From assembly GCA_964016885.1 (NCBI GenBank), contig OZ024742.1:179924001-179988000 (forward strand): a stretch of DNA of 64,000 nt. Reading direction: 5' to 3'. The position numbers and the translations under genes are program-made. This document shows, in pieces, positions 13,689-27,176 of the stretch. Within the stretch, counting starts at the first letter, position 1; each line of letters opens with the position of its first letter. The notes below the pieces were generated by a model that saw nothing but the letters and a program-made list of their open reading frames with translations, did no database searches and was not told the origin of the DNA. This stretch comes from Eledone cirrhosa (Eukaryota).

Positions 13689-14081
13689 TATATATATATA
13701 TATATATGTGTGTGTATATTTACATACACACAACTACTTCCCCCATTTCTCTACTTACCACACACCTCAATCAAATTAGGACCCAAACCTTGAAGAGGTA
13801 GCGTTTGGTAATAGCTGAAAATGAACAAATAATTCAGTTATCTATTCCCCATCGAAACTGTATGACCTTAGATTTTGGACGCCAAAATCTTTATAATACA
13901 TACACTCTACTTTCCTGAATATTGAGTAATTAACTGTACACGGACTTACTAGTCTAAACTGGCAACTTCAACACACATACTCTATCTCTCTCCCTCTCTT
14001 TCTCTCTCTCTATATATATAATTGCAGGGTATCAATATGAGTTAATAACTCTGTATTTTATTTGTATATATATATATATAA

Positions 14082-14500
14082 TCATCATCATCACCATTTA
14101 ACATCCATTTTTCCACACTAGCATAGGTTAGACGAGTTGTCAAGTTGTGAGAAATGTCAGGTCAGGTGGCCATGTTTTGCTCATACAGAACTGATTTTAG
14201 TTTGGTTTCTACAGCTAGATGGTCTTCCTAAACCATATTTACAAAATCCATGTTTACAGTGAGTACTGGGTGCTTTTTTGTTGTGACACCTACAAAACTG
14301 CTTTACAGTGTGGTGTGGGTGCTTTTTGTCATGACACCTACATGACCATTTTATAGTGTGGGCTGGGTGCTTTTGGTCATGTCATGATCACAACCACTTT
14401 ACAGTGTTGGCAGGGCACTTTTTGTCATGTCACCATGACAACCACTTTACAGTGTGCCATCATGACCACTTTACAGTGTAGGCTTGGTGCTTCACTAGAT
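14082..14500 (-). mobile_element. RTE 3' UTR/SINE tail with internal tandem ttacagtgt repeats
   Basis: (CAT)n tail and about 6 repeats of accactttacagtgt. Confidence 0.7.
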
Positions 14501-14569
14501 GTATACTTCAGCCTATTCTCATGGGAGGTGTATGGGATAGTGGGGTGGGTTGTAGGCGAGGATGGTGCA

Positions 14570-16066
14570 CATTATATGTATGCTTCAGTGCCATTTGGGA
14601 GAAGTGTGTCCATAATGATAACAAAGTACTCACCCTCACTGGCGCTAAAAAGAAGGTAGCATGGAAGGGCCACTATGAAAGACTTAAATGAGGAGAATGA
14701 ATGGGATGAAGATAGTTTGTCCCAAGTTGACCCAACAAAAGGACCTGCTGTGTAAGTTAGCAGTAGTATAATAAGTAAGGTAATCAAGGTGTGGAAGATA
14801 TGCAAAGCAGCTGGATCTTTGGGGTTAGTTGCTGAGATGCTGAAAACATCTGGGAGGGTGGGTCACGCCATAGCCACTTGTATTGTAAACAATGTAATAC
14901 AAAACAATGTCATACCCAATGATTGGTGAAGCAACATCATTGTCAACTTGCTACAAGGGCAAACAAGATGCTCTTGATAGAAAACTATAGAGGCATTAAG
15001 TTATTTGATCAAGTTATGAAGGTCACAGAGAGAGTTTTCACACAGCTGATTAAGGACCGAGTTAACCAAGATGAAATGAAGTTCGGATTTGTGCCAGGTA
15101 AAAGTAACATGGTGCTCTCTTCCTTGTGAGGCAACTGCAAGAGAAGTACCTAGCATCCATCCTGTAGACTCCTGATACAGGATGCTACCTCCTTCAAATA
15201 CCCAGAAAGCTTTGTAGAAATAGTCAAAAGTACAGTAGCCAGAGTAAAAATGGGATGGAGAGAGTTCAGGGAGCTACTACTGCTGCTAGCTGCAAAAGGT
15301 TTACCTCTCAAAATGAAGAGCAAATTGTATGATGCATGTTTACAAACAGCAAAGTTGCATGGCTGTGAGACCTGGGCATTTGTGCAGAGGAGTAGCAAAG
15401 ATTGGAAAGTAATGAAGCCTGCATGATCCGATGGATGTGTAGTAATAATATACATGAATGGCAAAGCATAAATGAACTGACAAAGAAACTAGGCATAAGA
15501 GGGATCAAATGCAGTATGTGGGAGAGAAGATTGCATTGGTATAGACATGTGATGCATATGAAGGATGACAGTTGTATAAAAAGTTTTAGAGTATTCCCTT
15601 TGAATGGGAAGACCCAGGAAGACTTGAGATGAGGTAAGAAAAGCTAACCTTGAACAATTCTATCTCTCAAAGGTGATGACACAAGACTGCTATCTCCGGC
15701 ATTATACAGTAATGCAGAAGACCCACCTTCCCATGAGCACAGGCTGAAGCATACATCTAGTATGCACCACCTTCATACACCACCCATATCCTAACACCCA
15801 ACACATAATGCCCCTATACCTACCTCCCCCCAATCTCCACACACCTCCCCCACTAAAGTCCCCCATCCACATTGTAAAGTGGCCATGTTGGTATCACAAC
15901 AAAAATCACCCAGCCCACACAGTAAATGTGGTTGTCATTAGGAAAGGCATCCAGCTGTAGAAATCAAGCCAGAAACAGTTCTGTATCAATTAGACACGGT
16001 CACCTGACTTGACTTGCTTCAAATGGCACAACCCATCTAAAATAGGCGTTAAACGACGATGATGAT
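14570..16066 (+). mobile_element. Decayed, internally deleted RTE LINE
   Basis: NYRGIKLFDQVMKV, DEMKFGFVPG, RRLHWYRHVM; 3' UTR and (GAT)n tail. Confidence 0.88.
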
Positions 16067-16077
16067 GTGAGTGAAGT

Positions 16078-16190
16078 TTAAATCTTTGCAATTTAGAAAC
16101 TGTATTAATAATTACCAATTATGGTAATTTAATTAATAAAAAAAATGAATTATTTGGAACTTGCCTACATAAGTCTGGAAAGACATTTCA
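16078..16190 (+). mobile_element. Penelope-like ORF C-terminal remnant
   Basis: Frame from 16081 reads NLCNLETVLIITNYGNLINKKNELFGTCLHK, resembling the PLE C-terminal CxLC..E...LNKR.E....C.H motif. Confidence 0.6.
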
Positions 16191-17344
16191 AGCATTATAC
16201 AAATTTAGAAAAAAATACTGACTAAGAAGAAAATAAATTGACTATTATTAATAATTCTTGAAATATTATTATTATTATTATATATTTTGCCTTACTTTAA
16301 ACATTGTATATCGTTTTTATATAGTAAATTAATCTCATGATGTGACTCAGTGTAATAAGTTCGGATTTAGAATGGTCATTGTATAACTAGAAATTTCTGA
16401 ATTTGCGATTTGAAATATCTTTTCAAAGCACTTAGATAATATAAATGATAACATGAGTTGTACGGATTATCTTCCTTTGTTTACATTCTTCGTAAATAAT
16501 TTTCGTTCTATCCAAATGGATTATAATGTATATTTAACATGATTTATACGAAAAATCCTTAAAGGGAAACTACATATATTACGATGTAGTTACAGAAGTA
16601 AAATCGAAATAATAATACTTTTAAGAGTAAATATAACTACTTATTAATCCTGTAAATTGAACTGTTTTTATAATGAAAAGAGAATAATTCAGATAATAAT
16701 TCTAAACATTATATAAAATGCATATACTGATGGTGATATGCGCATAACAAATAGGTATTTAAACTGGCTTTATAGATAAAAATATTTTTGAATTTTGTAA
16801 CAAAATATTTAATAAATATATTAATTAAACTATGCTTCTGATTATTATAGAAAATATTTTTATATTGTTTAATTTTGAAATAATATATTAGTATAATTAG
16901 CTTAAACATAACCAAATACAAAAGATATTAAACAAATTTCATGGTATTTAATTGGTCACTTCTATTTGACTTAATATTTGAAAACAACGGTCACGCATCA
17001 TGTCTCTTTCTTTCTTTCCTTTTTGCAGTTACGTCTTTCTTCTTCTCTCTTCTATCTCTCTCTCTCCTTCTCTCTTCTATTCTTTCTTCTCTTTTCTTTC
17101 TTCTCTTCTATCTATCTATCTCTTTCTCTCTTTTTTTCTTCCCTAACACGGATATTTACGCATTTAAATATTTATTTATGTATGTTTTTATTTATTTCTT
17201 CTTGCATTTTCTCATAATCACCCCTCCTTATACTTATATCTCGTTTCACATCCTCTTCTTCATCATATTTAAGTTTATCATGTTATTATTTGTGGTATAT
17301 AAATGTTGAGATTTGTTGTAATAAATGTATGTCATACATCAATT

Positions 17345-17416
17345 CATGTATTTTATCTGACAAGGACGTACTGAAAAAACAGCACAGTACCTTCGAAATA
17401 TATATAATAAAACATG
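17345..17416 (+). ncRNA. Type I hammerhead ribozyme motif (G8A)
   Basis: catgtattttat-ctgacaa-ggacgtactg...cagtaccttc-gaaa-tatata-ta-ataaaacatg; downstream sequence resembles the 55541-55740 unit and ends at (TA)n near 17557. Confidence 0.75.
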
Positions 17417-17636
17417 TATTTTGATTATGTTAATGTCTTCATTTATTAATATTTTGAATAATATTAATAACTCCAGAAAACTTCTTTGTAGAGTGGTTTT
17501 AATCTATTGTAAAACTATATTCATTGAGTAATCAATGAACCATATTAATCTTTGGTTATATATATATATATATATAAACTATAAGCGCATCCATACACAC
17601 ACATACACTCATATACACATATATATATATATGTAC

Positions 17637-17671
<35 letters not shown>

Positions 17672-19329
17672 ACCCATGCTAGCGTGGAGGATAGATGTTA
17701 AACGATGATGATGATATATATATGTGTGTACATATATATACATATATATATACATATATATATGCATCTATTATTGTGTTTCTCCTTATAAGTTTCCAAA
17801 ACTTTAACTACAATTTCTATTTTTGAAATTCTCCACAAAATAGACGGACAGACAAAAACTTCCTTTGTTTGAGTTTTTATAGACTTTTATTATAGTCCAT
17901 CTCTACCACACACACACACTCCTATCGCTTTTGCATTGAATACTGCACAGCTTGAGATAGCTGTTTCTCTCAGTTTTCTCCATTCTTGCTAATGTCACAC
18001 ACATAACATTTAAAATACATCTGCAACACTCTGTATAGTCATCATTTTTAGATGTTGAACTAAGTTGAATGTTCTCTCTATACTTTTCTTTCACTCTATA
18101 CTTGATACTAGACATTCGTAAAAGTCAATCAATATAGAATATAGACTGTTGCCGAGAAGTTCTTAAGCACACGATATACTAATATAATTTTGCTTAAAGA
18201 ATCCTGAAACTGTTCTGCTAAATTTTAGCTCAACCATTCATCATCATTATCAGACTAAATTTTATGTGTTTTGTCGATTTTTATGTTTGTTTGTCCTCCT
18301 CCATTTCCCTCTTCTTCATCTTTTTAATTTCTTTATTTGTTTTTGATTTTTTCCCTCCTCTGAAGATAATGATACTTGAAAACGTCTGTGAAATTGCTTC
18401 TCATTCATATGTCATAACTTTTCATTGTTGAGTTAACTTTAACCATCTCATTCTTGTATTTTGTTCTAACCCCCATCCATGATTTCACTTGTAGCACTAT
18501 CATCTTTCAAAACATTTTTTTTATCTCATCTCAATAATTTAAACATCTCCAAATACCCAAGAAATGAATTTAAAGAAAACTAATGAGATTTTAGAGAATA
18601 TGAAAAGCATCATAAATCAAAGAATATGCAGATGGCAGATTCTAACAGACTGCTTGAATGGTCAATGGTTTCTCTTCTTTTCACGAAATAGTGTAGTGTT
18701 ATTTTCAAAGATACTAAATCTAAAATGGTTCAGATTTTTCTTTTTTTGCTGTAAATAAGTAGCATGGCAAGTTACATATCACACTATGATTAAATCACAT
18801 TTTAGTTAGTTGAAATATTGTCTTTTTATATTCTAATGTTATAATTGAAGGGGTCGTGGTGTCATTATTTTGTTCAGCTCTGAATTTTTACACATACCAA
18901 AGTGGTCCTGATACTAACAAAACAGACATGAAATGATCACTGTTTTTTTTATTGTGCTGTGATAATTGAGGTTTGAGCCAGGATAGCAACTTGTATTTAA
19001 TCCTGGTGGAGAGGCTTTGTATATATTTTATGTTTCTGGTTCCAGTATATGGACTGTGACCCTGCTAGCAAGTGTTGGATGGATCTACATAGACCAGGTC
19101 AGTACTGAAGTGGGGATACTGACCTCCCAGACAAGCAAAGAGTCTGCATCTCACATATGATCCCACATTCTACTGAGTGCACAGGAGTCTTTGATACAAC
19201 TGAAGGGTCCTCTCAAGCCTTTGTTTGGCAACCTTTCTATGGCTGAGGTTAATTCTCTGAGAAAAAATGAGCAAACTCAATTATTTCACTGAAACTTAAA
19301 ATGTTTTATGATTCATAAGCAGTCAACAT

Positions 19330-20280
19330 TTGGCAGTATCGGCAGAGGTTCAGATGCCATGCTTTGCATTTGGCAGAATCAGTAGATGGTCGAACGCCAT
19401 GCTTTGCAGCATGGAGTTATGGTCCTTTACGGTCTGAGTTCAAATACTGCCGAGCTTAACTTTGCCTTTCATCTTTACAGGGTCGATAAAATAAAGCACC
19501 AGTAATGCACTGGTGTAATTGCTGGCCTTGTGCCAAAAGTAGAAACAATTATTATCATACAAAGGGTGGTGGATTGGCAGTATCGGTAGAGCACCAGACA
19601 CCATACTTTGCAGCATAGAGTTATGGCCTTTTAGATTCTGAGTTCAAATCCCGCCTAGGTTAACTTTGCCTTTCATCCTTACAGGGTCTATAAAATAAAG
19701 TACCAGTAATACATTGGTGTAATTGCTGGCCTTGTGCCAAAAATAGAAACAATTATTATCATACAAATAATAATAATGATTTCGAATGTAGGCACAAGGC
19801 CAATAATTTGGAGGAGGGGAAAGTCAATTAAATTGATCTTAGTATTTCACTGCTGCTTTATTTTATTGCCCCCCAAATAATTGTTTCTACTTTTGGCACA
19901 AGGCCAGCAATTATCCCAGTGTATTACTGGTATTTATTTTATCGACCCCATAAGGATGAAAGGCAAAGTTAACCTCGGTGGGATTTGAACTCAGACCATA
20001 AAGGGCCGTAACTCTTTATGGTCTGAGTTTATTGCCCCCAAAATAATGAAAGGCAAAGCTGATCTTAGCTGAATTTGATCTCAGAATGTATAGAGGCAGA
20101 ACAAATAACACAAACCATTTTGTCCATTGCTCTAACAATTCTGGCAGTCCACTATTCTAATAATAATTGTTTCTACTTTTGGCACAAGGCCAGCAATTAC
20201 ACAGTACATTACTGGTACTTTATTTTATTGACCCCGTAAGGATGAAAGGCAAAGTTGACCTCGGCGGGATTTGAACTCAA
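19330..20280. mobile_element. Cluster of about 6 SINE-B copies and fragments in both orientations
   Basis: Repeated SINE-B consensus separated by (TAA)n. Confidence 0.88.
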
Positions 20281-20309
20281 CTATTCTAATAATAATGATT
20301 TTTAAAAAA

Positions 20310-21205
20310 CTTGCTGCAACAGTTCACTAGAATTTTTGCATGAGATTTGGTTTTACCTATGCAGAAAAGAGCTGTTGTCATTTTCTAGGAACAGAAAACA
20401 ATCGTTTTTTATGGAATATTTTTATACTAACTGAAAGGAAAATACAACATAACAGGCCATATAATGGGATCGTTGATCAGAAGAAGAGTGTGTGTCCAGT
20501 AATTGAAGCAGCATGTCCTTTAGACATCAGAGTTAAGCAAAGGAAAAAGAAAAAAACAATAGAACATTACATTGCCATGAAATATGAAACTCTCAAGTCC
20601 TGGAATAAAGACGTTGACAAGGTTACGACTTTACCAAATATAATAGGAGTCTTAAGAACTGTGACAAAGAATTTGAAAATAATCCTAGGAAAAACTAGAC
20701 TGTAATCTGGGTGTAAATGTGCAAAAGGTTTTTTATCTTGCATCAGCGAGAAGTATCCAGAAAGATTTTGACACAAAGTAAAGAGAGTTATGAACATTAT
20801 GGAAGATCCTTAATGGATGAAAGGACAAGAATACTTCTCATTCTAGACCATGATTTGTGATCCAATAAGAAGTGAAGTTATATTGGCCACTGCATCGAAA
20901 CTGTAAAAACAACAAAAATATTAGTAACTACTACTACTACTAGTAGTAATGTTTTATTTTTTAATAAGGAAAAAGGAAAGAAAAGCACTGGAATGTGTAA
21001 CAGACAATCTTACAAAAGATTTGCAGCAAATTGGATTTGATCTTGGTATAGAGCCTGTACAAAAAGCATGCCTACTTGGTTCTGCCAGAATAAGTAGTGA
21101 TGGATACCACCTAGAAGACTAAAAAGCAAATCCTATTATCTTAAGCTCTGATGGTAAGAAGAAAAATACCGGTAGTTAACATCAGCATGGTGCAATGTTG
21201 AAGGT
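20310..21205 (+). mobile_element. Decayed R4/Dong-like non-LTR retrotransposon 3' fragments
   Basis: FLWNIFILTERKIQHNRP..., IEAACPLDIRV: a PD-(D/E)XK restriction-like endonuclease region; flanked by (TAA)n. Confidence 0.75.
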
Positions 21206-21271
21206 AACATTTAATAATAATAATAATAATAATAATTGTTTCTACTTTTGGCACAAGGCCAGCAATTACCT

Positions 21272-21663
21272 ACATGGCTTAGTGGTTAGAGCATTGGCCT
21301 TACAATCGAAAGGTTGTGAGTTCAATTCTCAGACCGGGTGATGTGTTGTTTCCTTGAGCAAGACACTTTATTTCACATTGCTCCAGTTTACTCAGCTGTA
21401 GAAATGAGATGATAGGACTGGGGTCCCCACCATTCCACTGCAAAGTGGTCATGGAGGTGCCATGGCAAAAAAGCACCCAACCCACACTGTAATATGGACG
21501 TGTAGGCGCCATGGAAAAAAAACACCCAGCACTCACTGTAAATGAGGTTGGTGTTAGGAAGGGCATCCAGCTGTAGAAATCAAGCCAGAATCAGTTCCCG
21601 TCCCACCCTTGCAAGCAGGGAAAAGCAGACGTAAAATGATGATGATGATGATGATGATGATGA
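21272..21663 (+). mobile_element. SINE-A inserted inside a SINE-B
   Basis: SINE-B sequence stops near 21270 and resumes near 21664. Confidence 0.88.
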
Positions 21664-22121
21664 TTACTGGTACTTTATTTTATCGACCCCCTGTATGGAT
21701 GAAAGGCAAAGTTAACCTCGGTGGGATTTGAACTCAGATCGTAAAGGGACGTAACTATGCTGGAAAGCATGTCCGACCCTCTACTGATACTGCCAATTAT
21801 AATAATAATGGTTTCTTAAGGCCAGCAATTTTGGGGGAGGGGAAAGTCAATTAAATTGACCCCCATAAGGATGAAAGGCAAAGTTAACTTCGGTAGGATT
21901 TGAACTCAGACCGTAAAGGGCCGTAACTCTATGTTGATAAGCACAGCGTCCGACTCTCTACTGATACTGCCAATCCACCACCCTATAATAATAATTGTTT
22001 CTACTTTAGGCACAAGGCCAGCAATTACCCAGTGCATTACTGGTACTTTATTTTATCGACCCCATAAGGATGAAAGGCAAAGTCAACCTCGGCAGGATTG
22101 ACTTTGCCTTTCATCCTTACG
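21664..22121 (-). mobile_element. Tandem SINE-B copies and fragments
   Basis: SINE-B consensus repeated three times. Confidence 0.85.
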
Positions 22122-22139
22122 GATAATAATAATAATAAT

Positions 22140-22865
22140 ATAAACAAGATAGATGTTCAAGCTGAATGCCAAATTTTTGGGAAGAAAGCAGAGACAGTTG
22201 CTCATATCATTTCTGAGTGTAAGCAGTTAGCCCAGAATGATTACAAAAAAGGCCAACATGATAAGGTGGCTGCCATATTGCATTGGAGCTTATGTAAAAA
22301 GTATGGATTTCCATGTGCAGATGAAGAAGATAAAAGCTATGAACATAGAGTCACAAATGAGATGAGAGTACTAGAGAATGAAAAGATAGAGCTTTTTCAC
22401 ATACAGACTGAGATGAAGTTTGAACACAACAAACCAGATATTGTTGTAATTGAGATGGAAAGAGCTGTACATCCATAGGTGTAGCATGTACTTTTGACAC
22501 CAGAATTAAATGAAAAGAGGAGAAAATAGGAGCTTTTACAGACTTAAAATATGAGATCTTGAAGTGCTGCAGTAATGAAGTGAAGACAGTCACCATTGTC
22601 TCAGTCTTGATAAGTGCTCTTGGCATGGTGACAAAGAATCTTGAGAACTATATGTTGAAGATAGACATTGCATCAGGAATTGAGTCATTCTAGAAGACTC
22701 TGTGAACAGCTCAAATATTGAGAAAGGTTCTAGACTACCACCAGTAGCTAAATGACAAGGAAGGATATGAAAAGGTTGGAGTTACCCTAGGCTACTAGTT
22801 GCAGCCCAGTATTCCCTAAAATAACCATCCCAAAGCAACATCAATGTCGGTTATGATAAACAACT
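22140..22865 (+). mobile_element. R4/Dong-like non-LTR retrotransposon 3' fragment
   Basis: CQIFGKKAETVAHIISECKQLA (CCHC knuckle remnant), HDKVAAILHWSLC, HNKPDIVV (restriction-like endonuclease); inserted in (TAA)n. Confidence 0.88.
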
Positions 22866-22869
22866 AAAT

Positions 22870-23055
22870 AATAATTGTTTCTACTTTTTGGCACGAGGCC
22901 AGCAAATTACCCAGTACATTACTGGTACTTTATTTTATCGACCCCGTAAGGATGAAAGGCAAAATTAACCTCGGCGGGATTTGAACTCAGAATGGCAAGG
23001 GCTGTAACTCTATGCATCAAAGCATGGCATCCGACCCTCTACCGATACTGCCAAT
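22870..23055 (-). mobile_element. SINE-B full copy
   Basis: Reverse complement of the consensus. Confidence 0.88.
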
Positions 23056-24409
23056 TAATGATAGTAATTTATAACATTAGTAATTGAAGTCCCATATTTT
23101 GGATGAAGGGAAACAACTGATTATATTAACCTTAGAATTTCACTAGGACTTACTTCATGACCATAGAAAGATGACAGCAGACTTGACCTTCATGGGATTA
23201 AATTCAAGTGGTAATGGGAAATAACTCAGTGGATTAAAAGAAGCTTTAGAATGCCAAACTTTCTTAAATATGATAAAGAAAATATCTACTGATGTAACTT
23301 TTATTCCAGCAATATTTTTGTGCAGTCTAAAATATATATAATAAAATTTTAAATGTAATAATATATTTTTATAAAACACCATCTTCAATTGTCCATTTTA
23401 AAAGTGATTCTTATGTAGTGTATTTTCATTTAACACAGAATTAATTGCAACTAGCAGAAGAACCGCCCCCGGGCGGTTTTCCGCTAGCGTGTGTAGTGTG
23501 TATATTGATATACGCAAATATATATGCACATAGATATAATACGTAAATTGACAATATGCACATAAACTGAACAAAGACTGTGTTGCACTTATTACTGTAA
23601 TCAGTAAAGTAATCCATGATACATTAAAAAAAAGGCGATAATGGAGATGGAAAAGCGATGAATCTGTTCATGGAAAATGTTCATGAATCTTCACTTGAGA
23701 ATGTTGACGGGAAGCTTCAAGCAGTGAATTTAAAAATAGATGCTGGTATGAATGAATGAATTACATTTACCAATATGAAGAGTTGACCTTCGCTATATTG
23801 TTGTTTTACTGTATCCACATATAGACTTCTTATGTTTTTGTAGTGTCCCTTTTCTAGCAGTAAAAAAGTAACAGATATGCATTTCAACTAAAAGAGAGTT
23901 ATAGCTGTTTCACATCACTGTAAAATTTCTTTGTAGACACAGTTGTCAGCAAACAGACCCCTTTCATTTAATATTTTTATATTTTCTTTTTTGTAACTCA
24001 TGATAATGCAACATACATCTGACCATGTGAGAAGAATTGTGTTGGTAGATATACACCTATCTTTTCAAATGTCTGCCCTTGTGCCCTGTTGCATGTAAGG
24101 GCAAAGGCTGGTTTGACAGGAATTTGTTTGCAAGTAAAGGTGAAAGGGAACTCAAGCTCTTGAGATACATGTGGTATCCTTGGGATTAGCAACCTTGTTC
24201 CAGCATTGGGACCCAATGCAACTTCAGCTTCAATTACATGATTATGTAAACTGATGATGGTGTACCATTGCAATGCCCGTTTAGAGGATCCAGATTTCTC
24301 AGAAGTATGATGCAACTGCCTTTCTACAGTTTAAGTATGTGTTGGGAAGCCTGATGGGGTAAGTTTGTTGATGAACTCAATTGGATATTGCAGTTCATTA
24401 TCTATGGTC

Positions 24410-24593
24410 GATTGGCAGTATCGGTAGAGGGTCGGACGCCATGCTTTCACGTATAGAGTTACGCCCCTTTATGATCTGAGTTCAAATCCCGCCGAGGTTA
24501 ACTTTGCCTTTCATCCTTACGGGGTCGATAAAATAAAGTACCAGTAATGCACTGGGATAATTACTGGCCTTGTGCCAAAAGTAGAAACAATTA
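24410..24593 (+). mobile_element. SINE-B inserted in the Helitron helicase remnant
   Basis: Consensus match, flanked by the duplicated attatcta. Confidence 0.88.
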
Positions 24594-24962
24594 TCTACTG
24601 TATCAGAGCTTCTGTAGATTATTTCATGACCAGGGAACTTGTTGACCATGAACTCATTCACCAATCATACTGCATCATTTGTTGGAGTGATAATGGCTCT
24701 ATTTGCAAGCCATAGTGGGTTTGTCTAGTTTCCTGGAAGATTTGTATACACAAAATCACACAGTCCAGACACATTACCATATTCCAGACAAAGTTCATTT
24801 GGCAGAAGAATTGTGAATGCACCTACAGTTGGAATGTTACCATTTCCCACATCAAGAAAGTAGTTTGCAAACTGTCTTTCATCAGAATCCTCTGTATTAA
24901 TTAACCGTTGATTGGTTGTCATCTCCATGGTTTCCACATAATCCGAGAGATAGGATCTCTTG

Positions 24963-25870
24963 ATGCAGTACGGACTGGCCTTTGCGCATGAGCAGTACGG
25001 ACCAGCCTTTGTGCATGCACACTTCAGACCAGTCTTCACTCATATGCAATATGGACCAGCCTTTGCACATGTGCAGTATGGACCAGACATTGCGCATGCA
25101 CAGTACTGACCAGCTTTCGCGCATGCACACTTCGGAGCCGCATTCGACCATGCGCAGTGCGGTCCAGCCTTCACGTATGCGCACTTTGGACCAGCCTTCG
25201 TGAATGTGCTCATCAGAACAGGCTTCATGCATGCGCAGTACGGACCAGGCTTCGTGCATGCGTCGTACGGACCAGCCTTCGCGCATGTGCTACACACCAG
25301 TGTTGGCACATGCACAGTACAGACCAGACTTCGCGCATGCGCACTCAGACGAGCCTTCGCGCATGCTCACTTTGGACGAGACTTCGCGCATGTGCACTTC
25401 GAATCAAACTTCGTGCATGCACCCTTCGGACCAGACTTCATGCATGCGCACTTCAGACCAGACTTCGTGCATGCGCAGTACGGACCAACCTTCGCTCATA
25501 CACAGTACTAACCAGCATTCGGCATGTGAACTCCGGACCAGCCTCTGCACATGCGCCGTTCGGGTCAGCCTTCACGCTTGCGCCTTTCAGACCAGATATT
25601 GCGCATGTGCACTTCGGACCAAACTTCGCGCATGCGCACTTCAGACCAAACTTTGTACTTGTGCACTTCGGACCAGACTTTGTGCATGCGCAGTACGGAC
25701 CAGCCTTCGATCATGCACAGTACGAACCAGCATTCGGCATGCGCACTTTGAACCAACCTTCGTGCATGCGGACTTCAGACCAGACTTCGCGCATGCGCAC
25801 TTCGGACCAGACTTCATGCATGCGCATTTCGGACCAGAATTCGCGCATGCGCACTTCGAACCAGACTTCG
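24963..25870. repeat. 27-bp CpG-rich minisatellite (~33 units)
   Basis: Unit ttcgcgcatgcgcacttcggaccagac, with a variant ending ...cagtacggaccagcc. Confidence 0.95.
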
Positions 25871-27176
25871 CCAATATATATGTCTATGTATGAATAGATA
25901 TATTTGTGTGTGTGTCCGTTAGATGTATTATTGCATTTCATGAATTACGAAGAATTTGCAAGTTACTTCACCCGGGAAGGATTAATAATAGCTTCACTAA
26001 CTTCGGAAGATGATTTGTGTGTGGTGTGGTATGTATGTGTGTGTGTGTTTGTATATATTAATATATATATATGTGTGTGTCTGCATCAGACATAATTTAT
26101 ATGCTATTACATTTATATATATCTAATCAATGGGCGTACAACAAACAGTGCTTAATCTAAACTATAATAAAGTAAGAAGCGCGGGACTGCGTATGGTTCA
26201 TAATTTGTTATCCCCGTAGTAAAATAAGTTGGATTACTTTGAATAAATAATGAATGAATATTACATAATTTATCTACTAAATTTCGTGTCTGTTCATTAA
26301 ATATATTTTATTACTTATTTAAAGATTCACTACTTTAAAATTTTCAAATGACAGCACTTCCGGTTAGCGATCATTTAAATAAATATTCATATATTTCTGT
26401 CACTAATTTTCTCCTAATGCAGTTAATATATTAAACAATGCACAAGCTCAAACTGCTACTTCTCAGAGAATGGAAACTGAGCATTGATTACAGAGCTTAT
26501 TGTTTTAGACAAGCAGAAAACCTAGCATAAACAGTTATATGTAAACAGGCTCATGTTATTAGATAAAGATTGTTTATTAATAAGCATAGGCATTCCTGTA
26601 AGTCAAGTTAGAGTTAAACGTAATAGCATCCAAGGCGCAATTTGTTATGGTTAATTTGATAGATTTAGTTGAAAATTTACATTTATTGTTATTCAGTGTC
26701 ATATTAGATTTACAAGGTGCTTGTAACAAAATAGATAATTTTTGTTATGGTTTTACCTCATACAGTGGCATTGTATAAATAAGCATACATGTCTTCAAAC
26801 TAAATAAGCATACATGTCTTCAAATAAGTTTGTCTATAATTCATATGACACTGTTTGTGAGACTAAAACTAAGATGTTGACTGTCTGCTTTGAAAGCAGA
26901 AAATACCTTATCACTGGAATGCAGAATAACACAGTGGTATATACTGTGGAAGTGGGTATTATTAAATACCTTGTAAGAAGGTATTTTGTTAATTAAAAAA
27001 TCTAAATTGTGTAGTAGGTAAGTATGGAAATTTATTAAGCTTCAGAATAGCAGGCCCACCACCATCATTTTGTTGCTACCATTAATAACATGTACTCGAC
27101 CATGTCAATGTGAGTCACTTAATTGATAGTGTTCTATTCACTTCTGATTGACTTATATTTGCAGGAGTTCATGGTT

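Larger units (their letters stand above)
23451..25991 (-). mobile_element. Helitron deletion derivative with PIF1-like helicase remnant
   Basis: QIPVKPAFALTCNRAQGQTFEKIGVYLPTQFFSHGQMYVALS and FANYFLDVGNG; 3' GC hairpin (23461-23478) followed by CTAG at 23451-23454; 5' end approximate. Confidence 0.88.

Noticed and set aside
24897-25941. Long ORFs in several frames
   Set aside because: Stop-poor 27-bp minisatellite.
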